Shown piece by piece: positions 51,365 to 63,324 of a stretch of 64,000 nucleotides of DNA (positions are counted from its first letter, which is position 1; the number at the start of each line of letters is the position of its first letter). The DNA is taken from positions 8,509,301-8,573,300 of the forward strand of contig BFEA01000001.1 of assembly GCA_003427395.1 (NCBI GenBank). Reading direction: 5' to 3'. The translations under genes and the position numbers were made by a program. The notes under the pieces were generated by a model. The model was not told the DNA's origin and made no database searches. It saw nothing but the letters and a program-made list of their open reading frames with translations. This stretch comes from Chara braunii (Eukaryota > Plantae > Charophyceae).

Positions 51365-51950
51365 GTGTGATGACTTGCTTACGAGGGTTCGAACCCTGGG
51401 CTAGGAAGTGTGGTGGATACGCATGAATGCAATGGCAATGCCGCAAAGTATGTGCTGGAGGACATGGGTGAAGGGAAGACTGCACAACAAGGAGCAAGGA
51501 ATGGAGTGTGCAGTTCAGGGGAGAATATGCTGTCAGACGGGCGGACAGCGGCTGTTGAGTGTGTGACGGCTATCTTACGAGGGTTCGAACCCTGGGCTGG
51601 GTAGTGTGTATAGACAGGAAGGCAATGGCAATGACGCAAAGAATGTGCTGGAGGACATGGGTGAAGGGAAAGCTGCGAACAAGGAGCAAAGGAATCGAGT
51701 GTGCAGTTCGAGGGAGAGCATGTCGTCAGATGTGCGGAGAGCGGCATTCGGAGTGTGACAACTTGCTTACGAGGGTTCGAACCCTGGGCGGGGACGTGTG
51801 AATAGTACTGTATACACATGAAGGCAATGGGAATGACGCGAAGTATGTGTTCAAGGAAGGGAAAGGTGATAAGGAGCAAGGAATGGAGTGTGCAGTTCAG
51901 GGGAGAGTATGACGTCAGACGGGCGGACAGCGGCATGCTGAGTTTGACGA
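51186..51950 (+). repeat. Four-unit ~192-bp tandem repeat spanning the lipase stop codon
   Basis: GAGGGTTCGAACCCTGGG at 51191, 51383, 51579 and 51771 (spacing 192, 196, 192). Confidence 0.92.
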
Positions 51951-53955
51951 CTACTTCCATACACACGCCTGCCAAGCTGTTGGATTGGCGGAAGGCCGCA
52001 AATAGCCAGCCACTGCTGTGGGCATACTCACACTAGGACCTTTCCTACTAAGCTCTGGATGTGATTGCAGTCAGATTCGTTCGGTCTGGCCGTCGTTGCG
52101 GTTGGATCTATTCAGGCAAGTGCTAGTGCTAGTGCGAGTGTACCCTGGATTCCATAATCTTGTCTTTGATCAGAGTGTCCACGCTATGAGGTAACCTCTC
52201 AGTTTTTCACTGCTGATGTTGAAAGCAACATCTTTTTTTTCCCTGCTGTCAATGGACAGGTCTTTTGGACAGTGGTATATTGATTGACGTTGATCGTTTG
52301 TGCTGGTACATTCGCTGTAAGGAAATGTAGGTTAGGTTGTGTGGTTCGATGTCTCCAACTTATTGTGGATATTCTGCTTTCTTGGTGATGTGGGAGGATG
52401 TTGGGAGCATTGCGAGGGAGGAGGAGGTGCCATCAACATCTGGCGGGGTTGCGGGTATGTTTTTCTCTTGCCGGGAGGGGAAAGATGGGGAAAAATGGAA
52501 GGGATGGCTGCCGGCAGCAGTTGGTTTGCAGTCCTCCCGGTTTCCTCGTTCGCAATCATGTCGTACTTTCAAGTTATCGTTTTGTTGCTCATTCTTATTT
52601 TGTCTATATTAACTGTACATTTCCAAACACGCATTCCTTCTTTTTTCCGTTGACAATAGCCAAATCTAATTCTCGCGGCTGCTGCGCATTGAGTGATAGT
52701 GTCGTTGAGTGTCGGAAATGCTAGCGGCGATCGACGTGTTTTTGTCTCGCTGCTGTCTAACGTTTGCCAGTCTCTTGGGCTTGCTGTGTTCTTCATCGTC
52801 ATCGACCGTAAGCGTAGGTTTTTGTGTTTGTCACAGATACTGCTGCTTAATATAGGAACCGGTCGCCTGCCGGCAAATGGGAAGCCTGAGCTTGGATTAT
52901 GCCGGATACGTCTGATAGATTAAAAAAACGTTAAGATATGAAACTGCTGTATATGAATGTTCACTGTTCATTCATTGGAGGTTACCTCGCTGGAAAGTGA
53001 AAATGGTGGGCAGGAAGGTAGGGTGGGGACTTCGGGGATGGGGGAAGGGAAGTAGGGGAGTAGGGGAGGAGGGGGGTAGGGGGGATAGGGGGGGGAGGCG
53101 GAGAGGGGGGGAATGCATAGTTTGGGGGGCATTCTGTTCCAACTGCACCTGAGTAGGTACCGGATCTCGGTTTATTCTATATTCTGTCGTTTCTGAGTTA
53201 CATATGGCCTCAACTCTGTTGTTTAGCAGAGCCCGCATGTAGGGCCTCTTCACCGCAGTGCTGACCACCGTCTCACCTTGCTCCTTCTCCTCCCCTCCCA
53301 TTCCTCCCTTTCTTCTTTCTCTCTCTTTTTTTTTTTTGGTCTTTCCTCGTCTTCTTCTCCATTCTCCTTTCTCTGCCATCGCCCTGCTTCTCCGTATCTG
53401 ATGGCTTTCCTTCTTTCTCAGTAAGTTTCACGGGATGCAACCTTATTCCTCTGACCATTTCGAACACCTTCTGTGCCATATGTAGGGCATACTCATACTA
53501 GGACTTCTTTACTTGTTTCTGGACGGAATTGCGGCCAGATGCATACAGGTGGTGTCGAAATTGCGGTCTGATGCATTTTGGAAAGTGCTAGCGTGAGTAC
53601 GCCGTTAGGCCTGTCTTCACTTGTTCTGGATGAGGGTTTAGTTTCCCCTTTTCTTTTGATTTGTGGCTGGCACCAAATGAATCCAACCCTGTATGTCGTC
53701 ACCCACCCACATGCACAGCTGAAAACAAAGAGTGCCCCCAAAGGATTTGGCTGGAACCAACATCTGTGGCACTGATCACCCTGCACACTTGCGTAGGGTG
53801 AACCGCCAATCAACCAGACGCACAAGCAACGCCCAGACACACACATCCGCACTCATGTATCACCACGGCGCTCACTCACCATCACACACATATGCGCACA
53901 AACACATGCACACAAGGATGGGTGGGGAGCGATCCAGTGTGGGCGGGGGGGAGGC

Positions 53956-53992
<37 letters not shown>

Positions 53993-54013
53993 TTTTGGTC
54001 TTTCTATCTGTGG

Positions 54014-54054
<41 letters not shown>

Positions 54055-54969
54055 NNNNNNNNNNNNNNNNNNNNNNNNNNNNNNNNNNNNNNNNNNNNNN
54101 NNNNNNNNNNNNNNNNNNNNNNNNNNNNNNNNNNNNNNNNNNNNNNNNNNNNNNNNNNNNNNNNNNNNNNNNNNNNNNNNNNNNNNNNNNNNNNNNNNNN
54201 NNNNNNNNNNNNNNNNNNNNNNNNNNNNNNNNNNNNNNNNNNNNNNNNNNNNNNNNNNNNNNNNNNNNNNNNNNNNNNNNNNNNNCAGAAAGGCACAAGG
54301 ACGGGGGGTCATGGGGGAGGTGGGAGGGCAGACCATACATAATGCACAAAACAAGGAAAGACAAAAGAAAAGTACCATACATAATGCACAAAACAAGGAA
54401 AGACAAAAGAAAAGTACAAGTACAGAAAGATACCCCAAGCATAACACAACAGGCAGCAGCAAAAGATAATGGGTGGAGGGCACGGGGGAGGCGGGAGGGC
54501 AGAAGTCACTCAAACACAGAAAGCAGGCGAAGCAAAAAATAAGAATATACAAGTCCCCAAAAAACAGTGAAGCGTGAAAAAAAATGAAAAATAAAAAAAT
54601 GATGATGAGCATTGATGACAAGATTGTTTCGTTGGAGTTGCACGGACTCATCAGGAGGCTGGGAGGCTGAACCCTCGACAATCTGCGGAATCTCCGTATT
54701 TGATGGTTTGGCTCATGCACACTTTGACCCTTGTTGAGGGAAGACTGTCCCCAAGCGGAACATAGCAGCGGGCAGCAACAACCCTGTGGAGCAGCAGGCA
54801 ACACAGCAGAGGCAACACGGCTGCAGAATGCCAAAAACAACTGCGAGGAATGACATGGCACGCAGGACAAGCAGCACGGCGACCATGTCGTGCAGCACAA
54901 GGTGACACAAGCAAGGCAACCACACTGCAAGGGACGACAGGGCGAGCGGACGAGTAACTCGACAACCTT

Positions 54970-55265
54970 GGAGCGAAGCACAAGGCACAAGGCACAAGGC
55001 AACAACGCAACCAGCTAACAAGGCCCGCAAGCAGCAAGGCACAGCCAGGGCAACAAGCACAAGGCACAAGGCAACAAGCAGAACCACAAGGCAACAAGGC
55101 AACCGTGGAGCGAAGCACAAGGCACAAGGCACAAGGCAACAAGCACAAGCACAAGGCAACAAAGCAACCGTGGAGCGAAGCACAAGGCACAAGGCACCCG
55201 CAACAAGGCAACCAGCTAACAAGGCCCGCAATCAGCAAACACGGAAGGCACAAAGCGCAAGGCAA
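54970..55265 (+). repeat. (CACAAGG)-based degenerate minisatellite
   Basis: Repeated GCACAAG/GCAACAAG with higher-order units TGGAGCGAAGCACAAGGCACAAGG. Confidence 0.85.
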
Positions 55266-55671
55266 TACCAACCACACAGCCACACCACACAGCGAACACA
55301 TCAACCTGCAAAGAACCACATGCGAAGCAAGCAGGACAGGCAGCAGAGCAGCGGCGGAGCACAGATGAGGCCGTCCACACATCCAACACGGAGCAAAGCA
55401 GCACATGACCTACTCACATCACGGTTGAACCCCGCAGACTGCTGGTTCCAACCACCCACTGAGCCAGGGAGTCACTCCGACGAGCATCCGTCATCACCCA
55501 TAGACAACACAGCCATCCCAAACCGAGCGGCTTCCTAAGAGTGCAGTTGGCACTCCAAATGAGGAACCACCGACTGTTTGGCACTACGTAAGGGTGCTCA
55601 GTTGGGCACACAGAAAATACTTGGAAAAAATCAGAGGGAGGACAGACAACAGGAAAAAGACTGACGGACAT

Positions 55672-55776
<105 letters not shown>

Positions 55777-57636
55777 CTGTTCACGTTTTCCAAATTTCTC
55801 GCAGTTATTGCTTCGAGTTCCTTTCTTCTTTTCTTTGTGTGGCAATGTCTGCTTTGTTTTTTCTTTTTCTTCTTTTTTCACACACTATGCGGACTTGCAA
55901 GAAATCGTTGCTACTTCCAAATTTTCAGCCCATCAAACATTAACTATCATTAAAGAATCGACGAAAAGAGTCTGAAGGGGTCATCTGTCTTGTCACCATC
56001 TGTCTATCTTTGGCAAACAAGGGCGAGCTGCCCAATGCGCCAAAGGACCGCTTTGTACCCTAGTCCTAGGGCATAGCATTATGTGATCTCCATTTCCATT
56101 TTAAAGGACCATACTCGCCAAAGCACCTCCTTCGGATGGTGCTGAAGAGTGACAACATGAACATGCAAATGCTACCTGACCATCTCATTACGTGCCCGTC
56201 AAATGGCAACACCTTTGCGGTTATTGGACTGTGCCCCTTACCAGCTAAATAGAGGAATAAAATTGTCTGAGAAATCACCACAGCACACCGCAAGGCACCT
56301 TTGGGGTTATGGGAATACATTTGTGGCAATGAGAGTAAACCCATGCTGCAGTACGCACGGCCGCGTCGGCACCATGACTAACCTGTGTGCTGTTTTGGTT
56401 GACAAAGCGATCAACAAAGCCCAATTCTTGGCGAATGGCGAAGAGACCCGTAGGGGGGTCCCTGCAGAACTGGACGAGAGGAAACTAGCACACATCCAAG
56501 CTTGGGAAATATCCTCCCCGAACGCGAAGATTGCCCGCATCATCGGCGACAACTGCCAATGCCGAGGAGAACGAGTGCATGGAGGAAAAAGAGTGCAGCC
56601 ATCCGTGGCCACTCCACCATCCACGCCGGCATCTTTTTCGTTTCCATCGTGTTCTGTTTTGCATGATGTGACTGACATCCATAGAAATCTGCATGTGAGG
56701 ATGACGTTGGCTTTCAAGACTTCTGCAAATTTGCAAGCTCGTTCCGCGTCTCCGGTATCTCTTCGTGCAGCCTGGCAGCCCTTGCTCGCTCCTTGCGGGG
56801 TTCGGCTTTCTATGTCTTCCCCATATCCACTGCCAGCCGCAGCCTGTCAAGCTCCTCCATCCGATTATGCAAATGGCCCGGCATTCAGTGCTGCTTGCAT
56901 TTTTCGGCGAATGCAATAGAGAAATCCTGGACGTTGTCCTCGATTGCTAGGTCGGTGGGAGATCTCTCGCAAAGTTTCAGCGAACGCAATAGAGAAATCC
57001 TGGATGTTGTCCTCCATTGCTTTGCTAGGTCAGTGGGAGATCTCTCACAAAGTTTCATCCCAGTGCTTTCTCTTCGACCCATTATAGCAAGCCCAATAAA
57101 AAGAGGTAATGAAAGACCAAAGGTGACCACAAAATGACTTGTCACTGTAAAACTGCAGGACCTACCTGTATTGTGTACATTACTGACTGTTTTGCGAGCC
57201 TGCAGGCACAAAGTGCAGCAGTCAATTCGCACACCTCCGCCGAATTGCTGGACATGAAGTGGTGGCGAAAACTTCTTCAAAACGCATAGCAGAATCTCAA
57301 AGGAATGTATTCTTCTACAGTCAATATATCAGTGTGTTTTGTTTAAGTAGTAATAAATAATTGAATCAATATATATATATATATATATCATTACAAACAG
57401 AACTGCCCGGTAAACCGTAGGCAGAGAGAGAGAAGAGGACAACAAACGAGGGGCTGTGACAAACTGTTTCGTCGGAGTTTCACCGACTCATCAGGAGGCT
57501 GAACCCTATATATATATATATATCTATGTTTTGGCAATTTGTTTTTGATATGTTTTACTTGTTGTCTTGTACCCAAGTCACTCGTTATGCGGTTGTTTAA
57601 AATTTAAATAAATGAACTCAGTTTTTGACTTCCGTC

Positions 57637-57932
57637 CTGTGTAACACCCCGTACGACGTACGGGGGATTTGTCGTACGGTCGTACGAAAAAAAAAAAAAA
57701 AAAAAAAAACGTTTTTGTTTTTTATCTCAAATTTGGTAACGAATTTCAATATGACCCTGAGGCAAAAGTGTTTCAGTTTATTTTTCTGCATAAATGTTTT
57801 TTTTTTTCAATTTTTTTTGAATTTTGTTTTTTTGCTTTTTTTCTGTACGTACGGCCCGTACGACCATATGAGCCCGTACGTACGGTCGTACGTACGTACG
57901 TACGGCCCGTATTCGTACGGGGGTATACACAG
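57637..57932. mobile_element. MITE with CGTACG-rich subterminal repeats
   Basis: TIR CTGTGTA(A/T)..CCCCGTACGA. Imperfect 7-bp flanking repeat TTCCGTC / TTCGGTC. Confidence 0.7.
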
Positions 57933-59164
57933 TTCGGTCAATGAATAACACGCCGGCTTCGGCTTGATTTAGGGTTTGCCAGAGTTCAGATGCAAGAGGC
58001 ACATGACAGAAATTTGACACTGCAAGATAGGCATGGCACAGCTGTCCCAGAATACACACCTGCAGCAACACGCACAGAGACGGACAACACGTCCACTGTC
58101 ATCACACATCACCCCGGGAAAGAAAAGCGGCCACAAAGCATCACAGACTCCGGGCCTTCAGCTTTGCAGTTGCTAACTTGCTAGTGAGCGGTGCATCTGC
58201 CAGGGGACTTGTTCTTCAATCTCCTGATCCATGTGTTTCGCCATTGCGATTGCGAGCGCTCATGTCTGCATTGTGTACTGCTAGCGATGGTAGGGGTGGT
58301 TGGTCTTGCAGAACTGCCGCTGCCCAGGGAAGCTGCTATCGTTGAAAAACGCCGTGGGATAGAGTGCTGTTCCTTATCGCTAGCATCTCCTCTACCCCAG
58401 CCAGGCACTTTATGACCATCGTGTTGGCTTGCGGATGCCATTTCGCAGCCAACAGATCTCGTCATCTCACAGTATCACATGGCATAACGAGACCGGGGCA
58501 AAGCGGACCCCTTTGGTGAAATGCACACGCCCTCCTTTGCCCTGTTTTCTTTCCTCACCCTCACTCCCTCACTCCATGACTCTCTCCGCTATCGCGCGCG
58601 GTAATCATCCTGCCCATTGTCTGCGCAGCTGTCCGCTGTCGCGCTCATCGATGCACGTGCAGAGGGCACGGGTTCGGCATTGATGGGCAGGCGATCAATG
58701 CCCTTCCAAGACACGACGGGCCAACAGCAACCCTATGCGGTTATTACGTTATAAATGCATCCAGAATGTATTGGTAGGTTGCACTCCATGCGGTCAGATC
58801 GTGTTGTTATCCGTTTGGTCCTCAGACTCTTCACCCCCTGGACCTTATGGTAGTTGTTGATGAGTTCTGCAGCGGTGAGCACATTGTTCTCCCACCATGC
58901 ATTCGCTGGTAGTTCTCCGAAACCCTGTCTCCGGCTTTCCCATCTATTACATAGAAGCTGGGTAGCACCGCATAATATGCGTACGTGTGCAAAATTGCGC
59001 ATACGCGTAACGCATTTATTTATTTCGAAACATATGTCATATATATTATACAGTATATACCTGTTCCATACGTGCATATGGTGGGGTGGAGGAGGAGGAT
59101 GGAGAGGATGATGGGGAAGAGGAGGAAGAAAACGCTGGGGAGTGTTGTGTTCTTCCTCCTCCTC

Positions 59165-59287
59165 CCCATCTCCTACCGAAACCACTCGACCGATTTCATC
59201 CACTTGTAATTTGGTGTAATAATTTGTAATTCTTCGGTCTAATAAAGCAGATAATTCCGCTCCAGCAAATTTGTTCATAAATTTCAT
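59165..59287 (-). pseudogene. atp1: NUMT: 5' end of mitochondrial atp1
   Basis: MNKFAGAELSALLDRRITNYYTKLQVDEIGRVVSVGDG is the F1 alpha N-terminus, of bryophyte/charophyte mitochondrial type. Confidence 0.93.
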
Positions 59288-59329
59288 GCTCTCTTCTCAC
59301 CCGGGATTACATTTTTTTTTTACTAGTTC

Positions 59330-59521
59330 TATGATTTTATCCATCTCCAGGGACCCAGGGACTCTAAAAATCAAAATAATGAAATTCTTGAGTCGTTTCA
59401 ATAGGCTCTTGAATCACACGTTTCTCTAAATCATCGTATCGTACTTCCACATATCCACTTAAGGGAAAGTCTTTTCGTAACGGATGACCCTCAGAAATAT
59501 ACGACGTAAATCAGGATGGTG
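59330..59521 (-). pseudogene. nad9: NUMT: 3' end of mitochondrial nad9 (frameshift, stop, 8-nt duplication)
   Basis: HPDLRRI/(frameshifting deletion)/[45 protein letters not shown], directly upstream of the atp1 fragment. Confidence 0.93.
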
Positions 59522-59559
59522 TCGTCTTCCTCCTCCCCACCGTCCTCTTCCTCCTCCTC

Positions 59560-59835
59560 CTCCTCCTCCTCCTCCCCGTTATCTTCCCCCAAGTGAAAAA
59601 CAAAAGCTGATGTGGCAGCGGAGGAGAAAACGGACAATCGGAAAGCCACGGGGAAGGAGGAGGAAGACGGTGCTGCGGACAAGAAGGAAGACGGCACTGG
59701 GGAGGAGGCGCTGCCACATCAGCTTTTGTTTCTCACTTGGGGGAAGATAACGGGGAGGAGGAGGAGGAGGAGGAAGAGGAGGAGGGAGACGGTGCTGCGG
59801 ACAAGAAGGAAGACGGCACTGGGGAGGAGGCGCTG
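59560..59835. repeat. Inverted plus direct repeat cluster next to the nad9-atp1 NUMT
   Basis: CCCCGTTATCTTCCCCCAAGTGAAAAACAAAAGCTGATGTGGCAGCG (about 59574-59620) is inverted at about 59710-59756. GACGGTGCTGCGGACAAGAAGGAAGACGGCACTGGGGAGGAGGCGCTGC occurs twice. Confidence 0.85.
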
Positions 59836-61119
59836 CATGTGTAGATACACCCCACCCACCCCCTAGCCCATGGGCCAAAACCATCCCCCAAACTGGCCCG
59901 CTATGACCACGTACTCGGGCCCCAAAATTGAGTACACGGGCACACATACGTGTGTACATGCATAGTGTATGCACGTCCGCGGAGCCCGCGTCCATGTACG
60001 CCGTGCTACCCAGCGTAGAAGCGTAGATCTGTCTTTCGGGTAGCGTCTCGCCCACGAAATGAATTCTGAAGCTATCTTCTCCAATGGCAGTGAGGAGATT
60101 TGTAGGACCACATGCTCTCCCAGGTATTGCTGCTCTCTCCCCTACGAGCGGATCGATTTTGCAGCTGATGCGAGATGGAGGGAGGTCTAGTGGCGCAGCT
60201 GCTGCCTTTGTTGTCACCATTATCCGCACCTGCAGCCTGCAGGAGCATGGGACGATTTGGACCCAGCATCCAGGTAGACTTCTGCTCTCACGCCTCGGGC
60301 AGGATATGCATGAGGAGGAGGAGGATGACACACTCCAGTTACATGCGCGCCAGCCTGGGGCTGGATATGCACATGGAGGATGGCACACTCCATGCAAGTC
60401 AGCCTGGGGCAGGATATGCAGGGAAAGCGACGTCAGCCTGCAAGAACAGTTGGACACGGCAGCGCGACCGCATGCGACAGTCGCATGATGCAGATGTCTG
60501 CAGGCACTCACCATCCACAGTTGTGCACTTGTGGCGGGGGTCACGAGCCTCTGTGCTGTTGTGCTGTTCTCCTCTTGCGATGAGCGCCATTTGACTTGCA
60601 TGCAGATGGAACCATGCGCACGTGCGCAAGTGAAGGACGACGGCGGTGAAACACTGGACAATAGGTGGCAGTCATGTGCATTCTCTACGTCGTCCCCTTG
60701 GAGCTAGGCGTAGACAGTGAGCAGCCACAAGTTTATAGAACTGCGCTGTAGGGATTGCATTGTGATTGATCGAAGTCCGACAGGACAAAGGAAAAAGAAC
60801 GTGAGGTTCAGCTTGAAGTGGAACCGCGGGCTGGTAATGTGTGAGACGCCCGGAGCAAGGAAGGCCCCGTACTACAGTCGCACAGGGTCGGTGTGGTCGG
60901 ATATGTTTCCTCTACCTGTGCACCCAACGGTTGTAACTTATGTTTTTTGTTGTCAAACGTCGTCTCCACAAGGCGCCTTCAAGAATCCACCGAAGAGCTA
61001 AGGTTTCTTGACGACTCTTGTGGGGAAATTCTTACCGGAAGAGGTAAATGGTTGAAACAACTGTATGCACCTTGTGGGGAAATTCTTACTGGAAGAGGTA
61101 AACGGTGTTTCAACTGTTT

Positions 61120-61335
61120 ACCTTTAAGTTAATGAATGAAGCGTCTGCTCCCGGATGCGCTCTCGACCATTGACAGCCGCCCTTCCCGTTTTGCCCTCGG
61201 TATCGCAAAAATAAAAAAGTAACTTCTAAATATTGGGTCAAAAGTTCCACTGCAACGGTTGCCCGTTCACCCGTCCAGTCTACTAAAGTGCCCACCAAAC
61301 CGTGCAAGATGTCGTACATCACACGGCTTTCCAAA
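61120..61335 (-). pseudogene. nad3: NUMT: group II intron domains V-VI, a 23-nt nad3 exon (61209-61231), and the probable start of a second group II intron
   Basis: Minus strand: domain V GAAAGCCGTGTGATG-TACGA-CATCTTGCACGGTTT; domain VI TGGGCA...TG(A)CCCAAT with bulged A at -7; then AT TTA GAA GTT ACT TTT TTA TTT = (D)LEVTFLF of Nad3; then TTGCGA. The left boundary is approximate. Confidence 0.78.
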
Positions 61336-62289
61336 TGAAAGTTTTAAAGTTTTTGCGTTTTGCCTGTGGAGAAAATGCCTAAGAGGAGTCTGTGGAGCAC
61401 AACCCTAACCCAAACCTCATTGCAGTCTCAGATAAGATGAGGTTTGTTTTATTGACATTCGGTGGGAACTTGGGAAGGCCATTTGCACAAGTGTCACCTA
61501 TTTTAAGGAACAGGGGGAGGTAGTAAGGTTTCTTTTTCTGGCCTTTAATTCTTGTTTAAAGTCTATCAGTGGGGATCTCCCAGTATTCACAGATATAATG
61601 CGTCACACACTAATGGCCGATCGGTGGTTTGTCATTTTCGACGAATTGTTCACCGAAACTGCCATATTCAAAGTGCATTTTTGTTCGTTTGTTTTTTCGG
61701 TTTTTTCTTTTCGTTTCATTTTTTTCAATTTTTTTGCCTGTTTTCTTTCTTTTTAATGTTTGTGTTCTGAGCCTGCATCGTTTGTTCGCGAAGTCTTTGA
61801 TGGCATCATTGCCTGTGGTGATGCTGCAAACTCGCCCCCCCCCCCCCAATTTTTGGCCCTTCTATTAACCATCTTTTCAGCCCACATGGTAATGAGTCCA
61901 GGGCTCCAGGCCCTTCAGCCCACCTGCTGGTCGTTTTTTTCTTTTTTGTTTTCTGGGAGGCCGAGGGCCTGGAGGGCCGAAGCGCAATTATTGAACTCAC
62001 CAAGTGACACCAACCACAGGCACACAGGTAATTCCGGCTCTATCCATTCACGTGGTCTGATCTGGATCTGACCGCAGGACTGTTTATCTACATACCATGG
62101 ATAAATTCATGGAGAAAGGCATCACATGTTCACTGTAGGTCGTCGTCCATTCCGCCTTGTGCGCTAGGTGGTCTTGTCGTCCTCTTTTTTTTTTGTTTTG
62201 CTTTCCTTTGCTTTCCTTTGCTTTCTTTCTTTCTTTCTTTCTTTCTTCTTTCTTTCTTTCTTCTTTCTTTCTTTCTTTCTTTCTTTCTT

Positions 62290-62454
62290 AAAAAAAAAGG
62301 GCAACGGCCTTGAGATATTATCATTGAGCTGACCGGCCCCAAGCAATTCATTAATAGTTGGTTTTACTCGTCAATCAAGTTCCATCATCTGGATTCGAAC
62401 ACAGGTCTGTATTTCAATCGTTCATGGGTGTACCCACTGAGCTAGGCTCTTGGG
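62290..62454 (-). mobile_element. SINE copy
   Basis: Reverse complement: CCCAAGAGCCTAGCTCAGTGGGTACACCC...CAGACCTGTGTTCGAATCCAG...CTCAAGGCCGTTGCCC(T)n. Confidence 0.8.
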
Positions 62455-62456
62455 TT

Positions 62457-62492
<36 letters not shown>

Positions 62493-63324
62493 TGGAACAA
62501 AACGGTCCTTATGGCCCTGGCTCCATTTTTCCGTTCTGGGGAGCATCGGTCCGGTGCAGATTCCTATTCCACCGGCAAGTCCGAACAAACTATTACATCA
62601 AGAAACACCCCTCACGCTTCCTTCCGTCTGGCCGAAGGAAGCCTGACCAGGAGCCAAGTCCCACTTCTTGGTACCTGAAATCTCAACTTCTGACCGTAGA
62701 TTATGATGATGATCAACGATCAGAAATGAACAATCAGCATAAGTGGGACTACTTGGCCCCAGCATTTTGATTACTCCAGCATTGTGGAGGATTGACTGTC
62801 AATTTGGACCATTTCTCGATTTATGCGTGTCATCCTTACTTGCGCAGGGGCCATTTGCTTATTTACCCTTCTCTGTACCCTTCCTATTTCAAAACGGATG
62901 TCCCGAAGGTTGTCTTGTCGCCTTTCCTCGTTTGTTTTTTTTTTTGTTTCTGTCCCAATTTCTTGCCGATGTATCCTCATTATTACCCGGATCGCCAGGG
63001 GCATGGTCCCATTAGCAGTGGGATAGGAGTGTGGCCTATCCAGTGTGACACTGAGTGGCAGCGGCCAGACACGTTCATTACGAATTTCTGGAATGAGAAA
63101 ACAGGAAAAAGGCCAAAAAAAAAGAAAGAAACAGAGACCTGCCCCCGGAAATCACGGCAGAGTGCTTCCCAGCCATCAGATCACAAATGATCTGATGGTG
63201 GTGGTTGCAAAAACAGTGAACAAAGTAACCGCCACATTTTTTTGGAATAAAATCGACTTCTGTCCGAAGTGATCCTGACATCCTCCATATACTCCGCGAT
63301 TGAAGGAGGGCTCCACCCAATGAG

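Noticed and set aside
51186-51950. GGTTCGAACCC as tRNA B-boxes or a tRNA array
   Set aside because: No A-box or cloverleaf. The motif encodes GSNP within the tandem repeat.
54970-55265. Interstitial telomere or Cys/Leu-rich protein
   Set aside because: CACAAGG is not a TTTAGGG/TTAGGG-type repeat, and the ORFs arise from the repeat itself.
58733-59287. 184-aa ORF beginning with the Atp1 N-terminus as a functional chimeric gene
   Set aside because: Only about 41 codons are atp1. The rest reads through a (GGA)n tract and AT-rich filler, with no evidence of expression.
59579-60661. 360-aa minus-strand ORF
   Set aside because: No recognisable domain, partly formed by inverted and direct repeats, and a non-ATG start.
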